Positions 10,735-19,590 of a DNA stretch of 64,000 bases are shown piece by piece. How positions within the stretch are numbered: position 1 is the first letter of the stretch; every line of letters begins with the position of its first letter. The notes under the pieces were generated by a model. It was not told where the DNA came from and ran no database searches. It saw only the letters and a list, made by a program, of their open reading frames with translations. This DNA is from an uncultured Gammaproteobacteria bacterium (GTDB lineage Bacteria > Pseudomonadota > Gammaproteobacteria > Steroidobacterales > Steroidobacteraceae), in assembly GCA_963746545.1 (NCBI GenBank), contig CAVVBV010000029.1:210163-274162 (forward strand). Direction: 5' to 3'. Both the position numbers and the translations under genes were made by a program.

Positions 10735-11351
10735 TTGTGTTGCAGGAGCGGCGAGAGCTGCGGCCAGAGATTGTTCAGCAGGATCGGCTGCGCCTGGGCA
10801 TTCGGGTGGATGCCGTCCGCCTGGAACAGCGCCAGGTCCACCGCGACCTGGTCCGACAGGAAGGGCACGAGGCCGATCTTGTAACGGTTCGCGAGATCGG
10901 TATAGACGCCCCGGAACGAGGTCGTGTAGCGCTGCCCGTAATTGGTCGGCACGCGGATCGCGACCAGCAGCACCTCTGCGCCCGCGGCCCGGCTCTGCGT
11001 GATCAAGAGTTCGAGATTCGAGCGCAGCCGCGACACCGGCAGTCCGCGCAGCCCGTCATTGCCGCCGAGTTCGATGACGACGATCGCCGGATGATGCTGG
11101 TCGAGCGCGCGCTTCAGCCGCTGGACGCCGCCGTCCGTCGTTTCGCCGCTGACACTGGCATTGACCACGCGGTATCCGTAACCTTCCCGCTTCAGCCGCT
11201 GCTGCAGCAACGACACCCAGCCCTGCCCGGCGACCAGGCCGTAGCCGGCCGACAGGGAATCGCCGACGATCAGGATGACCGGTGGCTCCGCGGCCCGCGC
11301 TTGCAATGGCGCGGCGGCGATCAGACATAGCGTAATCAGGACGAGGCGCAT
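10731..11351 (-). CDS. tesA: GDSL/SGNH arylesterase-thioesterase (TesA-like), secreted
   Basis: The start is set at MRLVLITLCLIAAAP (signal peptide). SGNH blocks GDSLSAGYG, GGNDGLRG and DGIHPN. The upstream extension of track ORF 10731..11546 overlaps the divergent ABC gene and was dropped. Confidence 0.8.
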   Translation of the reverse strand: MRLVLITLCLIAAAPLQARAAEPPVILIVGDSLSAGYGLVAGQGWVSLLQQRLKREGYGYRVVNASVSGETTDGGVQRLKRALDQHHPAIVVIELGGNDGLRGLPVSRLRSNLELLITQSRAAGAEVLLVAIRVPTNYGQRYTTSFRGVYTDLANRYKIGLVPFLSDQVAVDLALFQADGIHPNAQAQPILLNNLWPQLSPLLQHK

Positions 11352-12024
11352 GGATAGAAAGACAGTGCTCGAAGCCAGGAGTTTGCGCAAGCAGGTTACC
11401 AGCCCGGAGGGAATGCTGACCATCCTGGACGACGTCAGCCTGCAGGTCGCGGCCGGCGAGACCGTCGCCGTGGTCGGGGCTTCCGGCGCCGGAAAATCCA
11501 CGCTGATCGCGCTGCTCGCCGGGCTCGACGAGCCGACCGAGGGCACGGTCTGGCTCGATGGCGTCGAGCTCTCGGCGCTGGACGAGGACGGCCGCGCCGC
11601 GGCGCGTGCCCGGCATGTCGGCTTCGTTTTCCAGTCGTTCCACCTGCTGCCGTCCCTGACGGCGCTCGAAAACGTGATGCTGCCGCTCGAACTCGCCGGC
11701 CGGGCGGATGCGCGCGCGGCGGCCAGGGACGTGCTGCGCCAGGTCGGCCTCGAGAACCGCCTCGGCCATTACCCGCGCCAGCTATCGGGCGGCGAGCAGC
11801 AGCGCGTCGCCATCGCGCGCGCCTTCGTGACCAAGCCCGCCGTGCTGTTTGCCGACGAGCCGACCGGCAATCTGGACACCGCGACCGGCGCGCGCGTGAT
11901 GCAGCTCCTGTTCGACCTCAATGCCGCGTCCGGCACGACGCTGGTGCTCGTCACGCACGATCGCGAGATCGCCGGGCGCTGCGGCCGCATCATCGCGATG
12001 GATGCCGGCAGGCTCGTTCATTGA
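11350..12024 (+). CDS. ABC transporter ATP-binding protein (YbbA/LolD-like)
   Basis: 224 aa from ATG 11350. Walker A GASGAGKST, signature LSGGEQQRVAIARA, Walker B VLFADEPTGNLD. Its start overlaps the tesA start back-to-back, the conserved tesA/ybbA/ybbP arrangement. Confidence 0.8.
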   Translation: MDRKTVLEARSLRKQVTSPEGMLTILDDVSLQVAAGETVAVVGASGAGKSTLIALLAGLDEPTEGTVWLDGVELSALDEDGRAAARARHVGFVFQSFHLLPSLTALENVMLPLELAGRADARAAARDVLRQVGLENRLGHYPRQLSGGEQQRVAIARAFVTKPAVLFADEPTGNLDTATGARVMQLLFDLNAASGTTLVLVTHDREIAGRCGRIIAMDAGRLVH

Positions 12025-12036
12025 GCGCTGCCTGAC

Positions 12037-14526
12037 ATGAGGGCCCTGCGATTTGCGATGCTCGCGCTGCTGCGCGACTGGCGATCGGGCGAGCTCGCGG
12101 TCCTGCTCGCGGCGCTCCTGGTCGCGGTCACGGCGCTGACCGGCGTCGGCTTCTTCACCGACCGCATCGGCCAGGCGGTCGAGCTGCGGGCCGCGGAAGT
12201 GCTGGCGGCGGACCTCAAGCTCCAGTCCACCGAGCCGCTCGATCCGGCGTACGTGAAGCTCGCAGGCGAACGCGGCATCGCGACGGCCGCCACCGTTTCC
12301 TTCCCGAGCGTCGTGTTCTTCGGCGACGACTCCACGCTGATCTCGCTGCGCGCTTCGGGGCCCGGCTACCCCTTGCGCGGACGCCTGAAGATCTCGGATG
12401 CACCGTTCGCGCCGGCGCGCGAGACCTCGGACCTCCCGGGGCACGGCGAGGCCTGGCTCGACTCCCGCCTGCTCGCGCGGCTCGGCGCGCGGGTCGGCGA
12501 TCGAGTCAGCGTCGGTTCGACGGCCTTCCAGGTGACGCAGGTTCTGGACTACCGGCCGGACCAGGGATCGGCGTTCGTCGATCTCGCGCCATCGCTCCTG
12601 ATCAATCTCGCGGACCTGGGCGATACCGGGTTGCTCGGCCCGGGCAGCCGCGTGACTTACTCCCTGCTCTTCGCCGGTGCGCCCGCAGCGATTCGCGACT
12701 TCAAGACTGCGCTTGCGGAACGACGCAAGCCGGGCGAGCGGCTGGTGGATATCGAGGAGGCGAGTCCGCAGATCCGTTCTTCCACCGAGCGCGCTGGACG
12801 ATTCCTCAATCTCTCGGCGCTGATCACGGTGCTGCTCGCCGCGATCGCGGTCGCGATGGCTGCGCGGCGCTACACGCAGCGGCATCTCGACCATGTCGCA
12901 GTGATGAAATGCCTGGGCGCGCCGCAGTCGCTGGTCCTGCAGCTTACGGTGATCGAGCTCGGCCTCCTGGCGCTGATCGCGACGGCCGTGGGCAGCGCGC
13001 TCGGGTTCCTCGCACAGGAAGTCCTCGCCTGGCTCCTGGGCGGCATCGTGCGCGCGGACCTGCCGCCTCCGACGGTGGCGCCGGTGGTCATGGGCGCGGT
13101 GACGTCGCTTGCGATCCTGGTCGGATTCGCGATGCCACCGATGCTGCAGCTGAAGCGCGTGCCGCCGGCACGGGTGCTGCGCCGCAATCTCGAGCCGCCG
13201 CCGCTGCGCTATTCCGTGTCCTATGGGCTCGCGCTCGGCGCGCTGCTGGCCGTGCTGTACTGGCTGGTGCGCGATGGCTGGCTCGTGCTTTACGTCGCGC
13301 TCGGTGTCGGCGGCACGCTCGCCGTGCTGTCCGGCGCCGGATGGCTGCTGGTGCGCCTGGCCGGGCGCATGCGTGGGGCGGTCGGCGTCGCCTGGCGTTA
13401 TGGCCTCGCGAATCTCGCGCGCCGCGGTCGCGAGAGCATCGTGCAGGTGGTCGCCTTCGGGCTCAGCCTGATGGTGCTGCTGCTGCTCGCGGTCGTGCGC
13501 AAGGACCTGCTCGATGACTGGCGGGCCAGTCTCCCGGCTGACACACCGAACTACTTCATGGTCAACATCCCGACGGCCGACACCGGGGCATTTGCGGATT
13601 TCGTCAACGGGCAGGGCCTCCCGCGCCCGACGCTGTTCCCGATGATTCGCGCGCGCCTGACGGAAGTGAACGGCAAGCCCGTGGACAAGCGGGGGCTGCA
13701 GACCGATCGCGCGCAGGCCTTCGCCGAGCGCGAGCAGAACCTGTCCTGGGCGGAAAAACTGCAGAAGGACAACCGCCTCGTCGAGGGACGCTGGTGGACG
13801 GAGGCCGATCGCGGCCGGAAGCTCGTCTCGGTCACGACGGAGTACCAGGAAGACCTCGCGCTCAGGCTCGGCGACCGGCTGACATTCGACATCGCAGGCG
13901 AGGCGCTCACCGCCGAGATATCGAGCTTCCGCAAGGTCCAGTGGGACACGTTCCAGCCGAATTTCTTCCTGGTGTTCTCGCCCGGCACGCTGGATGGACT
14001 GGTCGGCACCTGGCTCACCGCCATGAAGCTGAAACCGGAGCAACGGCCGCTGCTCGCCGACCTCGTGCACCGCTTCCCTTCGGTGTCGATCTTCGACATC
14101 GATTCGATCCTCGCCCAGATCCGCGACATCATGGATCGCGCATCGCTCGCTGTTCAGTACGTGTTCCTGTTCACGCTCGCGGCCGGCATCACCGTGCTGC
14201 TCGCCGCGATCCAGTCGACGCGCGACGAACGCCGCTACGAGAGCGCGATGCTGCGCACGCTGGGCGCAAGCCGGCGCGTCGTGCTCGCCGGCGTCGCGTC
14301 GGAATTCACCGCGCTCGGCATGCTGTCGGGAACGCTCGCGGCGCTCGGCGCAACGCTCGCCGCCTGGCTGCTCGCGGAGAAGGTCTTCGACCTCAAATAC
14401 ACGCTCGATCCCTGGGTCTGGGTGATCGGGCTTGCGGCTGGGGCCATAATCGTCGGCGGCGCGGGCACCTTCGCCGCACGCGGCGTCATCAATCAACCGC
14501 CGATCAGCACCTTGCGGCAGGCTTGA
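12037..14526 (+). CDS. ABC transporter permease, FtsX-like, duplicated (YbbP-like)
   Basis: 829 aa. Two FtsX-type TM bundles separated by large periplasmic domains. Directly downstream of the ATPase. Confidence 0.8.
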   Translation: MRALRFAMLALLRDWRSGELAVLLAALLVAVTALTGVGFFTDRIGQAVELRAAEVLAADLKLQSTEPLDPAYVKLAGERGIATAATVSFPSVVFFGDDSTLISLRASGPGYPLRGRLKISDAPFAPARETSDLPGHGEAWLDSRLLARLGARVGDRVSVGSTAFQVTQVLDYRPDQGSAFVDLAPSLLINLADLGDTGLLGPGSRVTYSLLFAGAPAAIRDFKTALAERRKPGERLVDIEEASPQIRSSTERAGRFLNLSALITVLLAAIAVAMAARRYTQRHLDHVAVMKCLGAPQSLVLQLTVIELGLLALIATAVGSALGFLAQEVLAWLLGGIVRADLPPPTVAPVVMGAVTSLAILVGFAMPPMLQLKRVPPARVLRRNLEPPPLRYSVSYGLALGALLAVLYWLVRDGWLVLYVALGVGGTLAVLSGAGWLLVRLAGRMRGAVGVAWRYGLANLARRGRESIVQVVAFGLSLMVLLLLAVVRKDLLDDWRASLPADTPNYFMVNIPTADTGAFADFVNGQGLPRPTLFPMIRARLTEVNGKPVDKRGLQTDRAQAFAEREQNLSWAEKLQKDNRLVEGRWWTEADRGRKLVSVTTEYQEDLALRLGDRLTFDIAGEALTAEISSFRKVQWDTFQPNFFLVFSPGTLDGLVGTWLTAMKLKPEQRPLLADLVHRFPSVSIFDIDSILAQIRDIMDRASLAVQYVFLFTLAAGITVLLAAIQSTRDERRYESAMLRTLGASRRVVLAGVASEFTALGMLSGTLAALGATLAAWLLAEKVFDLKYTLDPWVWVIGLAAGAIIVGGAGTFAARGVINQPPISTLRQA

Positions 14527-14598
14527 GCGGCGGTCTGTTCGCGCCCGCATCCTGCGAGATCGACAGGCCGCGGCAGATATCGTAGGGTTCTGGCACCC

Positions 14599-15276
14599 AT
14601 GATGGAGCCCTACATCCGCAACCTGTTTGCCGATCCGGAGATGCTGCGCATGGGTCATGGGCAGCGTCCTGCCGACCTCAATCTGGGCCTGGGCTGGATC
14701 TACTATGCCCTCGGTCGGGTCATCCGCCCGGCGCGGGCCGTCGTCATAGGTTCCTACCGCGGCTTCGTACCCAGCGTGATTGCCAGGGCGCTGCTCGACA
14801 ACAGCGAGGGTGGCGAAGTCTGTTTCATCGACCCGTCGCTCGCCGATGATTTCTGGAAACTGCCGGCGAGCGTCGCCGGGACATTCCAGCGTCTCGGCAC
14901 GCCAAATGTCCGGCATCACCTGCTGACCACCCAGGAGTTTGTGGCAACCGAGGCCTATGCCGGGCTTGCCGATGTTGGGCTCGTCATGATCGACGGGTAT
15001 CATTCCGCGGAACAGGCGCGCTTCGATTACCTGGCCTTTATCGACAAGCTGAGTGCCGACGCGGTCGTGCTTTTTCACGACAGCACCGCGCGGCGGTCGA
15101 GTTCCTTTTACGGCGAAGAAAACAGGTATGAACATACTGTCTGCCTGCTGATGGAACGGCTGAAGGTGACGCCAGGACTCGAGGTGCTGACCTTGCCAAT
15201 TGCCAGCGGGCTGACGCTGGTCAGTGGCAGGCCCGGGTCCCTCCAGCGGATCAACGAGCCGTTCGGCGACGCGTGA
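14599..15276 (+). CDS. Class I SAM-methyltransferase-fold protein (Methyltransf_24/CmcI-like), function unknown
   Basis: 225 aa. Rossmann-like blocks VVIGSYRGFVPSVIA, EVCFIDPS, MIDGYHSAEQARFDY and VVLFHDS. The family assignment is by eye only. Confidence 0.5.
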   Translation: MMEPYIRNLFADPEMLRMGHGQRPADLNLGLGWIYYALGRVIRPARAVVIGSYRGFVPSVIARALLDNSEGGEVCFIDPSLADDFWKLPASVAGTFQRLGTPNVRHHLLTTQEFVATEAYAGLADVGLVMIDGYHSAEQARFDYLAFIDKLSADAVVLFHDSTARRSSSFYGEENRYEHTVCLLMERLKVTPGLEVLTLPIASGLTLVSGRPGSLQRINEPFGDA

Positions 15277-16469
15277 CAACCGAAACGGCAATGCAGTTCA
15301 AGTCAGGGGAAAGCGGACCCCGGTTCGCGCGCGTGCTGCCCGGCTGGGACCGGCGCGAGCCGCGTAGTCCGCCGCACTTGATCGGGGTCCTGCCGGGCGA
15401 GGGCATCGGACCTGAGATCGTTGCAGCGAGCCTGTCGCTGCTCGGAACCATCGAGTCCGCGTCCGACCACCGCTTTGAAATCCGCAGGGGCGGCAAGATT
15501 GGGCTCGAGGCGCAACAGGCCTCGGGCCAGTTCCTCACGCAGGACGTCATCGGCTTTTGTGAAGAAATCTTCGCCGGACATGGCGCCGTGTTTTGCGGAC
15601 CGGGCGGCGGGCGCTTTGTCTACGATCTGCGCCGCCGATTCGATCTGTACTGCAAGATGACGCCGCTACAGCCGTTCACGGCCCTGCGCGACACCGGAGC
15701 GCTGCGCCCGGCGGCGGTCGAAGGGGCCGACATCCTGATCATCCGCGAGAATGTCAGCGGCCTGTATCACGGCAAGTCGGGATTCGAGCCGCATGGCGGG
15801 CAGCGGCGCGCGTTCCAGAATTTTCATTACGATGAGAGCGAGGTGACGCGCATTCTCGCGATCGCGCGCGATGTCGCAGGGCTGCGCCGCAGGCGCTTGT
15901 GCGTCGTCACCAAGCCCGGAGGCGCGCCCGCGATCAGCCAGCTCTGGCAGGAGCGGGCGGAGCGCTTGATGGACGGGGCGGATATCGACGTGAAGCTGCT
16001 GAATGTGGACACGGCCTGCTATCAACTGGTCGCCGACGCCAGGAATTTCGACGTGGTCGTGGCGCCCAACATGTTCGGCGACGTGCTCGCAGATGTCGCG
16101 ACACTGCTCCTCGGTTCGCGCGGCATGTCCAGTTCGGCGAATTTCGGCGATGGCGGCCTCGCCGTCTACCAGACGGGCCATGGCGCGGCCTACGACCTCG
16201 CGGAGCGCGATCGCGCAAACCCGCTTGGCCAGGTTCTTGCGCTTGCGACGATGCTCCACGAGAGCTTCGGCCTCGAGCAACTCGGCATGCAGGTCCGCGA
16301 TGCCGTCAGCGAAACGCTGGCCAGCGGCTGGCGGACCGCGGACATCATGGCGCCGGGCTGCCGCGCTGTCGGCACGCGCGAATTGGTCGCGCAGATCGGC
16401 ATGCGGCTTCAGGAGTGTTTGCAGGACGCAGCGCCGGAGCGCGTCGCGGACCAAGCCATCGGCCGATGA
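15273..16469 (+). CDS. Isocitrate/isopropylmalate/tartrate dehydrogenase-family enzyme
   Basis: 398 aa. IGVLPGEGIGPEIV, IIRENVSGLYHG and NMFGDVLADV are family hallmark blocks. The start is either GTG 15273 (GTGA overlap with the upstream stop) or in-frame ATG 15291. Confidence 0.7.
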   Translation: MTTETAMQFKSGESGPRFARVLPGWDRREPRSPPHLIGVLPGEGIGPEIVAASLSLLGTIESASDHRFEIRRGGKIGLEAQQASGQFLTQDVIGFCEEIFAGHGAVFCGPGGGRFVYDLRRRFDLYCKMTPLQPFTALRDTGALRPAAVEGADILIIRENVSGLYHGKSGFEPHGGQRRAFQNFHYDESEVTRILAIARDVAGLRRRRLCVVTKPGGAPAISQLWQERAERLMDGADIDVKLLNVDTACYQLVADARNFDVVVAPNMFGDVLADVATLLLGSRGMSSSANFGDGGLAVYQTGHGAAYDLAERDRANPLGQVLALATMLHESFGLEQLGMQVRDAVSETLASGWRTADIMAPGCRAVGTRELVAQIGMRLQECLQDAAPERVADQAIGR

Positions 16470-18361
16470 AGCCCGCGCTGCTGTTGGTCGACCTGCAGCT
16501 CGATTTCCTGGCGCGGCCTGGACTCAATCCGGAAGCCGCCGAGCTGGTCACATGCGTAGAGGCATTACTCGCCGGCTGCCGCGCGCTGGGATTGCCGGTG
16601 CTACACGCCCACACGCGCATCCGCGCCGATGTCTCCGATCGCATGCCGCATTGGGCCCGCGCCGGCTATTCGGCCTGTGTTTTCGGCACCGCCGGCGCCC
16701 AGTCGCCGCCCGCGCTCGCGCCACTGGCGAGTGAACCGGTGTTTGCAAAACGCTTCTTCAGCGCATTCGAGAACCCGGGTCTCGAGCAGCATCTGCATTC
16801 GCTCGGGATTGACACGCTGGTCATCGCCGGCCTCTATCTGCACGGCTGCGTCCGGACGAGCGTGCTCGATGCGTACGCGGCGGGTTTCCGGGTGCTGGTC
16901 GCGACGGATGCGGTGGGCTCGACCGAGCCGCTACACGCCACGATCTCGCGCGAATACCTGGATGGACGCGCCGCCGAGTTCATGTGTTCCGAAGCGCTTC
17001 TGAAGCACCTCGCCGGTACCGATGGGCGACAGACACATCCGGCGACGTCGAAGTCCGCCGATGTTGCACAGGCAACGGCGACAGCAGCCGGCGCCTGGGC
17101 TGCGTGGCGCAATACAGGTCAGGCGACGCGCGCGGACCTGCTGCTTGGCTGGCGTGCCATCCTCGAGCAGGACTCGGAGACGCTCGCGGGCTTGCTCGCG
17201 GATGAAATCGGCAAGCCGCTCGCGGCCGGACGCGAAGAAATGCAGCGCGCGCTCGCACATATCGACACGGCAGTCCGCATCGCGTCGGAGGCGCCGGCAC
17301 TGACCGCAGGCGTGCGGGTTCGCTATCGCCCGGTCGGCTGCGTCGGGCTCATCACGCCGTGGAACAACCCGGTGGCGATTGCCGTCGGCAAGATCGCGCC
17401 GGCACTCGCTTTCGGCAACACGATCGTGTGGAAGCCGTCGCCGCATGCGCCGCGCGCATCGCGGCGAGTCATGGAATCGCTGGCTGCGGCGGGCATGCCA
17501 TCGGGCTTGGTCAGCCTCGTGTCCGGCGGTGCCGAGGCGGCGCAGGCGTTGATGCGCGACCCCGCGATCGTGGCGGTTTCGATCACGGGCTCGCAGCGCA
17601 CGGGCCAGGATGCAGCCGCTCTTTGTGCGCTCTCCGGCAAGCCGCTGCAGGCGGAGCTTGGCGGGAACAATGCGATGATCGTGCTCGCTGACGTCGATGT
17701 CGAAGGCGCGGCTACTGCGCTCGCGCGTTCGGCGTTCAGCTTTGCGGGCCAGCGCTGCACGGCGGTAAGGCGTTTCATCGTCGAGGCGTCGATCGCCGCG
17801 AGATTCGAGCGGGTGCTCGCATCCGCCACGCGCGCCCTCCGAATAGGCGACCCGCGCCGCGACGATATCGACGTGGGCCCGCTGATCTCGGCGGAACATT
17901 GCGCGCATGTCGCCGCCGTGGTTGCGCAGGCGCTCGCGGATGGCGGTCGGCTGGTCACCGGCGGCAGGGAGCCGGAAGGGCGATCCGGCGGCTGCTGGTT
18001 CGAGCCGACCCTGCTTGCCGAAGTTGGGCCCGACACCGCAATTGCACAACAGGAAACCTTCGGGCCGGTGGCCTTGATCCTTCGCGCCGCGAACCTCGAC
18101 GATGCCTTGAGCCTCGCGAATGGCGTGCCGCAGGGCCTGCTGGCGGGCCTGTTGAGCGCGGACGCCGGAGCGCGGGCGCGTTTCGCCGCGGAGATTGACG
18201 CGGGTATCCTGCAGTTCGGCCCGGGCCCGTTCGCGCTGCATGCCGATGCGCCCTTCGGCGGCTGGAAGTCGTCGCGCATCGGCCCCGCGGAGCATGGGAG
18301 ATGGGACCGCGAGTTCTATGCCAGGCCGCAAGTCCAGTACGGCGAGGCTGGCGCACCGTGA
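16466..18361 (+). CDS. Fusion protein: N-terminal isochorismatase-like hydrolase plus C-terminal aldehyde dehydrogenase
   Basis: 631 aa from ATG 16466 (ATGA overlap). The N-terminal ~190 aa has LLLVDLQLDF, ...FAKRFFSAF... and VIAGLYLHGCVRTS (Asp-Lys-Cys triad pattern). The C-terminal ~430 aa has ITPWNNP, ELGGNNAMIV and FSFAGQRCTAV (ALDH Glu/Cys). Confidence 0.7.
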   Translation: MKPALLLVDLQLDFLARPGLNPEAAELVTCVEALLAGCRALGLPVLHAHTRIRADVSDRMPHWARAGYSACVFGTAGAQSPPALAPLASEPVFAKRFFSAFENPGLEQHLHSLGIDTLVIAGLYLHGCVRTSVLDAYAAGFRVLVATDAVGSTEPLHATISREYLDGRAAEFMCSEALLKHLAGTDGRQTHPATSKSADVAQATATAAGAWAAWRNTGQATRADLLLGWRAILEQDSETLAGLLADEIGKPLAAGREEMQRALAHIDTAVRIASEAPALTAGVRVRYRPVGCVGLITPWNNPVAIAVGKIAPALAFGNTIVWKPSPHAPRASRRVMESLAAAGMPSGLVSLVSGGAEAAQALMRDPAIVAVSITGSQRTGQDAAALCALSGKPLQAELGGNNAMIVLADVDVEGAATALARSAFSFAGQRCTAVRRFIVEASIAARFERVLASATRALRIGDPRRDDIDVGPLISAEHCAHVAAVVAQALADGGRLVTGGREPEGRSGGCWFEPTLLAEVGPDTAIAQQETFGPVALILRAANLDDALSLANGVPQGLLAGLLSADAGARARFAAEIDAGILQFGPGPFALHADAPFGGWKSSRIGPAEHGRWDREFYARPQVQYGEAGAP

Positions 18362-19590
18362 ATGAAGAACAGCAGATATTCCTGACACGCGTCGGACCCG
18401 GCACGCCGATGGGAGCACTGCTCCGTCGCTACTGGTTTCCCGTGGGCGTCACCAGCGACATGGCAGCGGGCAGCGCCCGCGCGACGCGACTGCTGGGACA
18501 GGATCTGGTGCTGTTTCGTACCACGACCGGCGCGCTCGGGCTCCTCGATCGGGCGTGCCGGCACCGCGGCGCCGGACTTCACTGCGGCCATGTGGACGAC
18601 GAAGGCATTGCCTGCCCATACCACGGCTGGAAATTCGCGAGCGACGGGCGCTGCCTGCGAATGCCGGCCGAGCCACGCAATGCCGGGCTGCTCGACCGGG
18701 CGAGAACCCAGGCCTATCCGGTCGAGGAACTGGGCGGGCTGATCTTCGGTTACCTCGGGCCCCAGCCCGCGCCACTACTGCCGCGCTACGACCTGTTCGT
18801 GTGGAGCGGCGTCCTGCGCGACATCGGCCGCGCTCTGCTCCCCTGCAACTGGCTGCAAATCATGGAGAACAGTGTCGACCCGACGCATGTGGAATGGCTG
18901 CACGGCCATCACCTGGGCCAGGTGCGTGCCGCGGAGGGCCTCGATCCGCCGCAGCACTACCGCCTTCACCATACGAAGATCGGATTCGACGTCTTTCCGT
19001 ACGGCATCATCAAGCGCCGCGTGGTCGAGGGCGGCAGCGAGGCCGATGACGACTGGCGCATCGGGCACCCGCTGATCTTTCCATGCATGCTGCGCGTCGG
19101 CGCGCGCGGACAACACCGGTTCCAGATCCGGGTTCCCGTGGACGACACGACTACGATGCATTACTGGTATTCCTGCTATCGGCCGCGGCCGGGCGTGACC
19201 GTGTCGCCGCAGCCCGTGATCCCGGTGTACGAAGTTCCCTGGCGGGATGGCAAGGGAAATTTCATCGTCGACTTCGTGGATGGCGGCGACATCATGACCT
19301 GGGTCACGCAGGGACCGATTGCCGATCGCACCCGAGAGCTGCTGGTGAAGTCCGACAAGGGGCTGGTGATGCTGCGACAGCTCCTGAGCGAGCAGGTCGA
19401 CCGGGTCGCGCGCGGCCTGGATCCTCTCGGCGTCCTGCGCGATCCCGCAAGCAATGCGCTGATCGAGTTTGCGCAGGAGCACGACAAGCTGGGCGACGGT
19501 CGTTCATTCCTGCGCGAGTCCATTGCGATGAGTCATGTCCGCCATAGCCCGATCAGGGACCAGATCATCGAGCTGCTGGAACGCGATTGA
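18358..19590 (+). CDS. Rieske [2Fe-2S] non-haem iron oxygenase, alpha-subunit type
   Basis: Rieske motif CRHRG...CPYHGW and an iron motif region DPTHVEWLHGHH. The start is proposed at GTG 18358 (GTGA overlap). Track ORF start 18301 would overlap the upstream gene by 61 nt. Confidence 0.75.
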   Translation: MNEEQQIFLTRVGPGTPMGALLRRYWFPVGVTSDMAAGSARATRLLGQDLVLFRTTTGALGLLDRACRHRGAGLHCGHVDDEGIACPYHGWKFASDGRCLRMPAEPRNAGLLDRARTQAYPVEELGGLIFGYLGPQPAPLLPRYDLFVWSGVLRDIGRALLPCNWLQIMENSVDPTHVEWLHGHHLGQVRAAEGLDPPQHYRLHHTKIGFDVFPYGIIKRRVVEGGSEADDDWRIGHPLIFPCMLRVGARGQHRFQIRVPVDDTTTMHYWYSCYRPRPGVTVSPQPVIPVYEVPWRDGKGNFIVDFVDGGDIMTWVTQGPIADRTRELLVKSDKGLVMLRQLLSEQVDRVARGLDPLGVLRDPASNALIEFAQEHDKLGDGRSFLRESIAMSHVRHSPIRDQIIELLERD

